Made by a program: the position numbers and the translations under genes
Assembly: GCA_001695645.1 (NCBI GenBank)
Contig: LVZN01000018.1
Location: 1-32,000 of the forward strand
Length of the DNA: 32,000 nucleotides
Direction: 5' to 3'
Source: Erysipelotrichaceae bacterium MTC7
GTDB lineage: Bacteria; Bacillota_I; Bacilli_A; Erysipelotrichales; Erysipelotrichaceae
Notes under the pieces: model-generated
Told to the model about the DNA's origin: nothing
Seen by the model: only the letters and a program-made list of their open reading frames with translations
The model's database searches: none
Shown here: one piece after another, positions 1-8,229 of the stretch
Layout: each line of letters starts with the position of its first letter
How positions within the stretch are numbered: the first letter of the stretch is position 1

Positions 1-88
1 TTAATTTTAAAGGGGTTCGAAAATAGACACACTTAATTTTATAGCTTAGCCACAGCCACACGATATTTTAGAGCGCCACATTAATGAT

Positions 89-115
89 GAAGACTTCCTT
101 GTGAAGTCTTTTTTA
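89..115 (+). terminator. Rho-independent terminator-like hairpin ending an upstream or non-coding transcript
   Basis: AAGACTT (90-96) pairs with AAGTCTT (104-110) across a 7-nt loop, followed by a T-run to 114. All three + frames hit stops within the first 36 nt, so no CDS enters from the left. Confidence 0.5.
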
Positions 116-244
116 GACTCATCTGTTTCTTAGTTATAATAAAAAAATATCAATTTGTATATAACAAGTCGGGCTTCTATATAAAATGAAAAAAATACTA
201 GAAAAACGACATTTCTTACTTTATAATGCATAATTGATGATAAG

Positions 245-273
245 TTGTTAATAATTTATCAACGTATTATAAT
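245..273 (+). promoter_or_regulatory. Sigma-A-type promoter candidate for the 331..1275 gene
   Basis: TTGTTA (245-250), a 17-nt spacer, then TATAAT (268-273). A TGATAA(238-243)-N12-TTATCA(256-261) inverted repeat overlaps the -35. Confidence 0.5.
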
Positions 274-330
274 TTTATGATTCGTGTTGGATTACTGCAC
301 GGCTGTGTGCAAAGGTAAGGATGTGTGTAT

Positions 331-1275
331 ATGAAAATATGGAAACGAAAAAAGATTGTAATTACTTGTTTACTGTTGCTTAGTGCCCTAATAGGGCTAT
401 ATGCATTTACCAATATGACAGAAGCAAATAATGCAGAAATTGCTAAACAAGTCGAACAAAAGAAAGCTGAAAAAGAAAGTCCACCTGTTATTAAAGGTCT
501 GAGTCGTTATGAGTTGACGGTTGGGGAAGACTTTGAATTAAGAAAACTAAACTTACATGCGTATGATTATAAGAAGAATACCTTATTGGTGGATGTAATC
601 AGTTCAAATGTAGATCCTCATACGGTCGGTAACTATAAAGTTGTTGTTGAAGCAAAAAGTGCGAGTGGAAAAACATCAAGAAAGCACATCGACATCATTG
701 TAAAAGCAAAAGAGGAGCAACAACCTCAAGTAGAAGAGCGTGCTCCAGAACCGGTGCAACCAGAACCAGTAAAGCAAATCGCGCCTATGCAAACGGCTTT
801 GGATCGTACCAATTTATATGTAAGAGGTTGGCGTATTGAGGCACCTGATGCAAATGTAAGTGATGATACTTTACGTAAATATATGCAAGAAATCAGTTCA
901 CTTCCAATGCAATACAACACCAGTCATTTGCATACAATTACCATCGATTTAAGTAAACCTTACCCGTATTTAGGGATGGGTTATAGTGATGGTCGCATGT
1001 GGTTAAATGGACAAGACTATTACCGTACAACGGTGCTGCATGAGGCTACTCATATCTACGACTTTAACAAGAACTTGTCACAAACTGCAGAATTTCAAAA
1101 TATCTTTCATAGTGAAAAAGGTAGTATGCCAGCTACCTATACATCAAATATGAATGATAATGCATACGAGTGGTTAGCAAATGCGATCGTATTCTATACG
1201 TATGAACCGCAAACGCTAGCAAACCGTGCGCCATTGACTTTTCAATTTGTTAATGGAACAATGTTTGGCAATTAG
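331..1275 (+). CDS. Secreted or membrane-anchored protein: Ig-like domain plus C-terminal HEXXH zinc-metallopeptidase-like domain (ATLF / Pro-Pro endopeptidase-like, M34-type)
   Basis: ORF track 325..1275; the ATG at 331 lies 10 nt after AAGGA (316-320). The N-terminus is KRKK plus a hydrophobic stretch. An Ig-like segment follows (PPVIKG...VGNYKVVVEAKSASGK...IDIIV), then a P/E/Q-rich linker. The C-terminus has LHEATHIYD (HEXXH) and downstream AYEWLANAIVFY, resembling lethal-factor HEFGH...EFFAEAF. Confidence 0.65.
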   Translation: MKIWKRKKIVITCLLLLSALIGLYAFTNMTEANNAEIAKQVEQKKAEKESPPVIKGLSRYELTVGEDFELRKLNLHAYDYKKNTLLVDVISSNVDPHTVGNYKVVVEAKSASGKTSRKHIDIIVKAKEEQQPQVEERAPEPVQPEPVKQIAPMQTALDRTNLYVRGWRIEAPDANVSDDTLRKYMQEISSLPMQYNTSHLHTITIDLSKPYPYLGMGYSDGRMWLNGQDYYRTTVLHEATHIYDFNKNLSQTAEFQNIFHSEKGSMPATYTSNMNDNAYEWLANAIVFYTYEPQTLANRAPLTFQFVNGTMFGN

Positions 1276-1300
1276 GTGGTCCATTTATCTTGTATATCGG

Positions 1301-1346
1301 ACAAAAGTTACAGTAACTCCACGGAGTTGTTGTAACTTTTGTTTAT
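1301..1346 (+). terminator. Strong rho-independent terminator
   Basis: ACAAAAGTTACA (1301-1312) pairs perfectly with TGTAACTTTTGT (1331-1342). An inner AACTC/GAGTT helix extends the stem, and a T-rich tail follows. Confidence 0.8.
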
Positions 1347-1383
1347 AAAATATGGGGCATCTATAAATTAATGCAAGAAATGG

Positions 1384-1412
1384 TTGGCAAATCTAAGGAA
1401 TAATGATATATA
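1384..1412 (+). promoter_or_regulatory. Promoter candidate for the two-component operon
   Basis: TTGGCA (1384-1389), a 17-nt spacer, then TATATA (1407-1412) with TG two nt upstream of the -10. Confidence 0.5.
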
Positions 1413-1458
1413 ATATAAAAGAGGTAAAATATAATTATAAAGATTGGAGCGGAACCAT

Positions 1459-2172
1459 ATGAAAATGAAAATTTGTATCGTCGATGACGATCAAAACCAA
1501 ATCAATCGCTTAACACAATACATTAACAATCATGAATCATTTCTCGATTTTGATATTGTCGAATTTAACGATTCGACAGATCTAGAAATTTTACACATTC
1601 GTTATGACTTATATTTCTTAGATATTGATATGCCAAAACGTACAGGCTTTCAACTTGCCACACTCATACAAAAAGAATACCCAGATGCCATTTTCATTTT
1701 CGTAAGTGCCCATAATGAATTTGTCTATGACTCATTTAAATTTAACGCATTCTATTTTGTCCGTAAGTTTTCTTTTGAAGCTGATATGATTGATGCTCTA
1801 CACTTAGCGGAAACAAAATTGAAAAAATACGCTAAAAAATACGAAATCAATAGTGTTGATGGTGAAAAACTTATTGTGAGTTTTGCCAATGTACTATACT
1901 TTGAAAAAATGATCAATCAACTCTTGGTTGTTCTTAGCAATGGAAAAACGTACACCGAGCGTAAAAGTATGAAGCAACTACTACAAGAAGTGAATCTGGA
2001 CCTGGTTGGCTTCTCACTAATTAATGCAGGAACTTGCGTAAATCTAAAAGGTGTATTAAAGCTGGTTGATAGTGAAATGGTTATGCGAAATGGAGAACAC
2101 TTGGCCATCAGTCGTCGTCGTTTCAGTGATGTAAGAGAATCCTATCATCGCTATTTAATGGAGGCTGAATAA
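1459..2172 (+). CDS. LytTR-family response regulator (AgrA/ComE-like)
   Basis: ORF 1444..2172; the ATG at 1459 lies 9 nt after GGAG (1446-1449). The receiver domain shows KICIVDDD and DLYFLDIDMP. The C-terminal LytTR-type DNA-binding region shows VLYFEK...LLVVLSNGKTY...ISRRRF. Confidence 0.85.
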   Translation: MKMKICIVDDDQNQINRLTQYINNHESFLDFDIVEFNDSTDLEILHIRYDLYFLDIDMPKRTGFQLATLIQKEYPDAIFIFVSAHNEFVYDSFKFNAFYFVRKFSFEADMIDALHLAETKLKKYAKKYEINSVDGEKLIVSFANVLYFEKMINQLLVVLSNGKTYTERKSMKQLLQEVNLDLVGFSLINAGTCVNLKGVLKLVDSEMVMRNGEHLAISRRRFSDVRESYHRYLMEAE

Positions 2173-3449
2173 TGGAAGGTGTACAAGTCGATTTTCTATA
2201 TAACTTGGTACAGAGTTTATTGTTCGTTACATTTCTAATATCGTATTTTAAAATGAAGCATACGTTTACCGGCACGCATTTTATCATATGGGTGCTTATT
2301 TGTACGATTGGTTCTATGTTTAGCGGACTGGAAAGCACGGCAGCAAGACAGGTAAACATACTGATTACATCCGTTTTTTACATACCGTGGCTATATTATT
2401 ATGCCTACGGTCCAACCGTGGAAAAGGTGTTTATTACATTTTTTGCATTACAGATGAGTGCGATGTGTTCATCTTTGGTTGCTATTATCTTGTCGTTTTT
2501 CCTTTACCAAAACATCAACTTGTACTTAGTTGTTGATCAATACTACGATTTGGTTGTTTGGCTTGCCTTTACCTTATTTGGAATGGTTGCCTTTTTGATT
2601 GCCTATCAAAGAAGAAAAGTACAATCGCATATGGATAAGGTGATGTTGCAATGGTTTATTTTATTTTTGATTGTTGCAACCTTTGTGTATCTTTCACTAG
2701 AAGATGTTATGTTTAAAGATGTATTGGTCATTACCGATATGTTATATGCTTTAATTGGATTGTTGATGATTGTCGTTACGGTTTTTATTTTATTCTTTCA
2801 CATGCAAGCAAGCAAAGAAAAAGAAATGGAAACACGTTTGAAAATGCAATCGTTTGAATTTGAAACGCATCTATATGACATGGCGTTAAATGCCAATCAA
2901 GAAACAAGAAAGATCAATCATGATTTAAAACACTTTGTGACACACATGAAGTATTTATTAGAGAAAAAACAATATGAATTGTTGGATCGTGAGTTGGATG
3001 AGTACGTTGGTCGCGTGGATCAAAACAATCTAGTATTGACCAACAATACCATCATTGACTATATCTTAAATTTAAAGCATGCTGTCGCACTTGAAAAAGG
3101 GATTTCCATGCGTTATGTTATCAACGTAAGCGAGCATACATTATGTAATGACGTCGATATGTCCATTTTGTTTGGGAATCTACTCGACAACGCCATAGAA
3201 AATGCCAATGATGGAGTTGTCGAAGTTCGTGCAGAAAATAAAAATGAATATTTGCACATTACCGTGAGTAATGCGATTAAAGAAAGTGTATTAGAAAATA
3301 ACCCAGAGTTTAAATCTTCAAAAAAAGGACGCAATCATGGACATGGTCTAGCTAGTGTACGTGAAATTATCGAACGAAATGAAGGGAAAATGGAGATTCG
3401 AGAAGTGAAAGGCCGGTTTGTTGTATCTGCCTTGTTTAAGACACAATAA
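2172..3449 (+). CDS. AgrC/ComD-like (HPK10-type) membrane sensor histidine kinase
   Basis: The start overlaps the regulator stop (TAATG at 2170-2174). The first ~200 aa contain multiple hydrophobic segments. Motifs seen: H-box INHDLKHF, N-box FGNLLDNAIENA, G-box GHGLASVREI. Confidence 0.85.
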   Translation: MEGVQVDFLYNLVQSLLFVTFLISYFKMKHTFTGTHFIIWVLICTIGSMFSGLESTAARQVNILITSVFYIPWLYYYAYGPTVEKVFITFFALQMSAMCSSLVAIILSFFLYQNINLYLVVDQYYDLVVWLAFTLFGMVAFLIAYQRRKVQSHMDKVMLQWFILFLIVATFVYLSLEDVMFKDVLVITDMLYALIGLLMIVVTVFILFFHMQASKEKEMETRLKMQSFEFETHLYDMALNANQETRKINHDLKHFVTHMKYLLEKKQYELLDRELDEYVGRVDQNNLVLTNNTIIDYILNLKHAVALEKGISMRYVINVSEHTLCNDVDMSILFGNLLDNAIENANDGVVEVRAENKNEYLHITVSNAIKESVLENNPEFKSSKKGRNHGHGLASVREIIERNEGKMEIREVKGRFVVSALFKTQ

Positions 3450-3635
3450 AGGTCAATTATTACTGTTATCAACTGTTACATTTGTGAAATATAACCAATT
3501 TTCACTAGTTAGATACCAAAAATCACGAATTTATTACAAAATATAAATTCTAGTGTATGATGTGACCATGAAGAGAAAACATTGGTATTAAGGGCAATGG
3601 TACGATTGTTCATCTCTTTGTAACAAGCACAGTTT

Positions 3636-3665
3636 TTGGAAGTAGGAATGGCGATATCTTATAAT
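3636..3665 (+). promoter_or_regulatory. Candidate promoter of an ORF-less ~185-nt transcription unit
   Basis: TTGGAA (3636-3641), an 18-nt spacer, then TATAAT (3660-3665). The next + strand terminator is at 3826-3856. Confidence 0.3.
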
Positions 3666-3825
3666 GTACTCATAATAACAAGCGCTATAATATTATTTCT
3701 CCAATAACCAATCAAGATGAGGGACAACACTTGCAAATCACAATCATATAAGGGTGTAAAGGAATAGGAAGAGTCTTGGTTGGATCATTATCATCATTCC
3801 TTGAGGGGCAAAATTCAACAACTGT

Positions 3826-3856
3826 AAAAAAGGGATCGGGAAACCGATTCTTTTTT
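3826..3856. terminator. Bidirectional rho-independent terminator
   Basis: GGATCGG (3833-3839) pairs with CCGATTC (3844-3850) around a GAAA tetraloop. It is flanked by an A-run (3826-3831) and a T-run (3851-3856). Confidence 0.65.
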
Positions 3857-3962
3857 ATATATAAGCAAAGATATGCTAATGATAGGAATTGTTTATCATT
3901 ATATTGTACCTATTTATTGTGATTTTACCTTAATGTAAGCAAAATTTTGATATAAACTGGTG

Positions 3963-3993
3963 ATAGATAAGCGTTTGCCATATGCTTATCTAT
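3963..3993. repeat. Perfect 10-bp inverted repeat (hairpin or operator candidate)
   Basis: ATAGATAAGC (3963-3972) and GCTTATCTAT (3984-3993) flank an 11-nt spacer. No T-run follows, so it is not a classical terminator. Confidence 0.4.
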
Positions 3994-4104
3994 ATAAATA
4001 AGAGCGTTTCTTCCGTGTTTTCAGATTTTTTTATGCAATACAATGACCAAAAAGGGAAGTTTAGGTTGCCAAATGAAATACAATATCACGATGGTGTGCG
4101 CGAT

Positions 4105-4121
4105 TTGTGAACTTTTCACAA
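4105..4121. promoter_or_regulatory. 17-bp palindrome TTGTGAA-ctt-TTCACAA upstream of the antiporter gene
   Basis: The 7-bp arms are perfect. The half-sites equal those of Rex/CRP-type operators, but the spacing is 1 bp shorter than TTGTGAA-N4-TTCACAA. Confidence 0.35.
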
Positions 4122-4221
4122 GTTGTTAACGCTTACACAAAAAACAAAGCGCATTATATCCAAACTCATATTATTTTTTGTTTATTTTAGTAGTAAAATA
4201 AAGGGCATTAGGGGGTGGCGT

Positions 4222-5442
4222 ATGTCATATCATTATTTATTGGATTTAGCAGCAATCTTGATTGCTACTAAGATCCTAGGCTTGTTTACAAAGAAAGTTG
4301 CAATGCCTCAAGTGGTGGGAGCGTTGCTCTCAGGACTGATCCTTGGTCCAGTTGGTTTAAACTTTTTACAGGAAACAGATTTCATTATCCAAGTAAGTGA
4401 AGTAGGAGTTATTATCCTTATGTTCTCTGCTGGTCTTGAAAGCGATGTTAAAGAGTTAGGAAAAAGTGGGAAAGCGAGTTTGCTAGTTGCTCTATTGGGA
4501 GTGCTGGTGCCACTAGTTGCTGGATTTGCTCTAGCGCACTACTATCCAATTGGAACAACCGATTTATTACAAAATATTTTTGTTGGAGTGATTTTAACTG
4601 CAACATCAGTAAGTATTACGGTGGAAACGTTGAAAGAACTTGGAAAACTAACTTCACGAAGTGGGAACATCATCCTTGGTGCTGCCTTAATCGATGATAT
4701 CCTCGGTATTATAGCCTTGACGGTAGTCATTGGTATTTCCAAAGGTAATGTGAATATCTGGATGGTTCTATTGAAAATTGTTGGTTTCTTCCTTATCAGT
4801 GGTGTTCTTGGATACTTTATTCATAAATACTTTGATAAGTGGATGCGTTCTTCAAAATTTGATTTACGTCGATTTCCATTGATCGCCTTTGCATTCTGTC
4901 TATTTTGGTCATATGTTGCAGAGGAAGTGTTTGGTGTAGCTGACATCACAGGAGCATTTGTTGCTGGGTTGATGATTGCCAAAACGTACCGTTGTAATTA
5001 CGTTACACACCGTGTTGAAACACTTGGATATTTATTCTTTGCACCTTGCTTCTTTGCAAGTATAGGGTTAAAGGTTGTTTTACCAAGTATGAGTACAGAT
5101 ATTATTATCTTTAGTATTCTGCTATGTATCATCGCTGTCTTAACCAAGATTATTGGTTGTGGCTTGGGTGCCAAACTATGCGGTCTACCGAATCGAACAT
5201 GTTTACGTGTTGGTGTTGGAATGATTTGTCGTGGAGAAGTTGCCTTAATTGTTGCAAGCAAAGGTTTAGCTGCTGGTTTAATTAGCGAAACGATGTTTGC
5301 ACCAGTGATCATTATGGTCATTGTGACAACGGTGGTAACCCCAATCTTACTAAAAGTCGTATACAAAGATGGCAGCAAGCCAACCGTTGTTGCTGATGAC
5401 CCGTTGATTAATCGCATGGAAAAGTGTGATATCGAAGCGTAA
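4222..5442 (+). CDS. Cation:proton antiporter (CPA2 / Na+/H+ exchanger family, NapA/Kef-like membrane domain)
   Basis: ORF 4123..5442 begins at a TTG, but the ATG at 4222 follows GGGGGTGG (4211-4218). The protein is polytopic and hydrophobic, with LGLFTKKVAMPQVVGALLSGLILGP, FSAGLE and ALIDDILGI motifs typical of this family. Confidence 0.85.
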   Translation: MSYHYLLDLAAILIATKILGLFTKKVAMPQVVGALLSGLILGPVGLNFLQETDFIIQVSEVGVIILMFSAGLESDVKELGKSGKASLLVALLGVLVPLVAGFALAHYYPIGTTDLLQNIFVGVILTATSVSITVETLKELGKLTSRSGNIILGAALIDDILGIIALTVVIGISKGNVNIWMVLLKIVGFFLISGVLGYFIHKYFDKWMRSSKFDLRRFPLIAFAFCLFWSYVAEEVFGVADITGAFVAGLMIAKTYRCNYVTHRVETLGYLFFAPCFFASIGLKVVLPSMSTDIIIFSILLCIIAVLTKIIGCGLGAKLCGLPNRTCLRVGVGMICRGEVALIVASKGLAAGLISETMFAPVIIMVIVTTVVTPILLKVVYKDGSKPTVVADDPLINRMEKCDIEA

Positions 5443-5458
5443 CTCTTAGGGATAAACG

Positions 5459-5487
5459 TTGAAAGAAAGTGGTTCAGGTAGTATACT
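5459..5487 (+). promoter_or_regulatory. Promoter candidate for upp-atp
   Basis: TTGAAA (5459-5464), a 17-nt spacer, then TATACT (5482-5487). Confidence 0.55.
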
Positions 5488-5534
5488 TTTAGTATTAAGG
5501 TTAAATTTCAAGTTAGGAAATAAAAGGAGATTTT

Positions 5535-6155
5535 ATGCTAAAAGTTTTGGAACACCCATTGATTACACACAAGTTAACGCAAATGCGTAGAAAAGAGACG
5601 AAAACAAAAGATTTTCGTGAGAATCTTGATGAGATTGGAGGCTTAATGGCCTATGAAATTACACGTAACTTACCAGTTCGTGCAATTGAAATTGAAACAC
5701 CAGTCACAAAGATGAAAACGTATGAACTAGAAAAAGATATTATTCTCGTTCCAATCTTGCGTGCAGGACTTGGAATGGTTGGTGGGATTAGTAATTTGAT
5801 ACCAACGGTAAAAGTTGCCCACGTAGGACTTTATCGAGATGAAGAAACCCTAAAACCACATGTGTATTTTGAAAAATACCCAACAGGAATTAGCGATGCA
5901 GTTGTCATGATCGTTGACCCGATGTTAGCAACTGGTGGTAGTGCAAATGCAGCTATCGACATGGTTAAAAAACAAGGGGCAAAAGACATTCGCCTAGTTT
6001 GTCTTGTTGGTGCACCTGAAGGAGTGGAAGCTGTTGAACGCGTACACCCTGATGTTGATATTTATCTTGCAGCACTTGATGAAAAACTTAACGAACAGGG
6101 ATACATTGTTCCTGGATTGGGTGATGCTGGAGACCGTATTTTCGGTACGAAGTAA
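5535..6155 (+). CDS. upp: Uracil phosphoribosyltransferase
   Basis: Full-length match by eye to Upp: [20 protein letters not shown], and the PRPP loop [10 protein letters not shown]. The RBS is AAAGGAG. Confidence 0.95.
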   Translation: MLKVLEHPLITHKLTQMRRKETKTKDFRENLDEIGGLMAYEITRNLPVRAIEIETPVTKMKTYELEKDIILVPILRAGLGMVGGISNLIPTVKVAHVGLYRDEETLKPHVYFEKYPTGISDAVVMIVDPMLATGGSANAAIDMVKKQGAKDIRLVCLVGAPEGVEAVERVHPDVDIYLAALDEKLNEQGYIVPGLGDAGDRIFGTK

Positions 6156-6346
6156 TGAAACAAATGGAAGCGACACGTTTTATTGGACGCGTCGTTCTTG
6201 GAAGTATACTTGCTGTGCTGTTGGGTATGTGGCTTGATGAAAAACTACACACAACACCATGGCTGATGCTAGCACTTCTACTCTATGTCTTGGTTGGAAG
6301 TCTAGTAAAATTAGTCAAAGATGTAGGAGATGAACATGAAAAGTAA
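6155..6346 (+). CDS. atpZ: AtpZ/AtpI-family small membrane protein preceding the ATP synthase genes
   Basis: The start overlaps the upp stop (TAATG). There are two hydrophobic helices, and the LGMWLDEKLHTTPWLML motif is typical of the ATPase_gene1 family. Confidence 0.7.
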   Translation: MKQMEATRFIGRVVLGSILAVLLGMWLDEKLHTTPWLMLALLLYVLVGSLVKLVKDVGDEHEK

Positions 6347-6701
6347 GCAGTTTGTACAAATTGAATTACTTGCTGGAGGAATTGCACTCATAAGTGCAGC
6401 CATCATGTATCTGATCACGCAAAATGTTCAAGACATGTTCAGTGTGCTGTATGGGGCACTGATTGCAATTGTTGGATTTCACAGCATTGTGTTATCCAGT
6501 GAGCGCTTATTAAACAACCCAAGCAAAGCCAAGAATTTGGCGATGATGCAATTTGGGATTCGTTATATCATATACATCATCCTATTCGTATTTGGTGTCT
6601 TGGTGTTACACCTGGAATTACTTGGTATGTTGATTGGTTATGTATGCGTAAGCTTTGCCATTAAGATTCATGCGATATTGACGCATGGAAAGGAGGTTTG
6701 A
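6336..6701 (+). CDS. atpI: ATP synthase subunit I
   Basis: ORF 6330..6701; AGGAG (6325-6329) favours the second ATG at 6336. It is a small polytopic membrane protein in the canonical position before atpB. Confidence 0.7.
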   Translation: MKSKQFVQIELLAGGIALISAAIMYLITQNVQDMFSVLYGALIAIVGFHSIVLSSERLLNNPSKAKNLAMMQFGIRYIIYIILFVFGVLVLHLELLGMLIGYVCVSFAIKIHAILTHGKEV

Positions 6702-6703
6702 AC

Positions 6704-7405
6704 ATGGGAGATGGAGTTCTCATAACATTAGGTGGATATGAACTATTTATTCACCAAACCATTATTATTTGGGCCGGTGTTGGAATTCTGGTTTGTGCAC
6801 TCTTATTTTGGGGAGGTACAAAACTCAAACATGCAGACCCAACAAAACCACCAACTGGAGCAGTGCTCATTTTCGAAACCATTGTAAATTTATGTTCGAT
6901 GGTGGTGAAGGGAAATCTTAATAAAAAGACATGGAAGTTCTTACCGTATTTTGGAACGATTATGATTATGATGGTCATCTCCAATTTGTTAGGATTGGTT
7001 GGTTTACAACCACCGACTTCAAACCTTTCGCTGGCAATGGTGCTTGCGATTGGAATGTTCTTATTGATTCATATTAGTGATATTAAAAATCATGGTCTTA
7101 AAGGAAAGTGGAAAGCACTTACTGATCCCGTACCTTTCTTATTACCATTGAACTTGATTGGTGATATTGCTTTCCCAGTATCGTTAACCTTACGTTTGTT
7201 TGGGAACATGCTTGGAGGAAGTATCATCATGGGACTTGTTTACGTACTAGTTAAGGCAGCGATGCCATTCACTGGTATTATGTTGACAATCACGCCGTTT
7301 ATACACATGTATTTCGATATATTTACGGCATTTATGCAAACCTACATTTTCTTCACGTTAGCCACATTCTTCTTATCAGATGCTGTGGATGCCGAGGAAG
7401 AGTAA
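6704..7405 (+). CDS. atpB: F0 ATP synthase subunit a
   Basis: ORF 6698..7405 starts at a TTG, but the ATG at 6704 lies 7 nt after AGGAGG (6691-6696). The conserved LTLRLFGNMLGG arginine motif is present. Confidence 0.93.
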   Translation: MGDGVLITLGGYELFIHQTIIIWAGVGILVCALLFWGGTKLKHADPTKPPTGAVLIFETIVNLCSMVVKGNLNKKTWKFLPYFGTIMIMMVISNLLGLVGLQPPTSNLSLAMVLAIGMFLLIHISDIKNHGLKGKWKALTDPVPFLLPLNLIGDIAFPVSLTLRLFGNMLGGSIIMGLVYVLVKAAMPFTGIMLTITPFIHMYFDIFTAFMQTYIFFTLATFFLSDAVDAEEE

Positions 7406-7424
7406 AAATAGAAAATTCATATAG

Positions 7425-7682
<258 letters not shown>

Positions 7683-7707
7683 TTACATTAGAAAGAGGAG
7701 GCCACTT

Positions 7708-8229
7708 ATGGATATTAACATAAGCAATTACTTACGTATCAATTTACAAGATATGGCACTCGTTTTAATTTCTACTGTTTTAATTGTACTTTTCGCAAAG
7801 AAATTCTTTTGGAAGTATGCACAAGCGTATTTGGATGGACGTACGGCATATGTTGCTGGAGAACTTGAAGCAGCTCATGACAATCGCGAACAAAGCCAAG
7901 TTATGAAAAGCGAATATGAAACAAAACTTGCAAATGCACATGCTGAAGCTACTGGCATTCTTGAAAGTGCGAAACATAAAGCAAGTGTTGAAGCAAACCA
8001 AATCTTGGAAAAAGCGCATAACGATGCACGCTTGTATAAAGAAAAAGCACAAGTTGAAATCGAACAAGAAAAAACGAGCATTCGTAAAAATATTAAAGAT
8101 GAAATTAGTGACATTGCCTTCTTAGCAGCGAAAAAAGTTGTGGAAAAAGAGATGGACGATGACACACATAAAAAATATGTAAAAGATTTTATTGAACAAG
8201 CGCAAGAGGATGAAACATGGCAAGCGTAA
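7708..8229 (+). CDS. atpF: F0 ATP synthase subunit b
   Basis: One N-terminal TM helix followed by a long charged coiled coil, in the operon position after atpE. Confidence 0.9.
   Translation: MDINISNYLRINLQDMALVLISTVLIVLFAKKFFWKYAQAYLDGRTAYVAGELEAAHDNREQSQVMKSEYETKLANAHAEATGILESAKHKASVEANQILEKAHNDARLYKEKAQVEIEQEKTSIRKNIKDEISDIAFLAAKKVVEKEMDDDTHKKYVKDFIEQAQEDETWQA

Noticed and set aside
14-21. GGTTCGAA, reminiscent of a tRNA or tmRNA T-loop at the window edge
   Set aside because: The flanking bases cannot form the 5-bp T-stem (AGGGG versus ATAGA), and no acceptor stem or CCA follows.
3509-3613. 34-aa minus-strand mini-ORF (MNNRTIALNTNVFSSWSHHTLEFIFCNKFVIFGI) as a possible autoinducing-peptide precursor
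   Set aside because: It has no spaced Shine-Dalgarno, no double-glycine leader, and no AgrD-like amphipathic head or acidic tail. No processing gene is nearby.
4123-4221. TTG-initiated 33-codon N-terminal extension of the antiporter ORF
   Set aside because: It has no RBS, whereas the ATG at 4222 has GGGGGTGG at ideal spacing. The family N-terminus begins at MSYHYLLDLAAIL.
4998-5417. 139-aa ORF antisense to the antiporter gene
   Set aside because: It lies entirely within a well-supported membrane-protein CDS on the other strand. Its composition is low-complexity T/I/K-rich, it has no RBS, and it is a typical shadow ORF.
5443-5534. Possible PyrR attenuator or riboswitch upstream of upp
   Set aside because: There is no PyrR-binding-loop-like sequence and no terminator/antiterminator pair; only a promoter and an RBS are evident.
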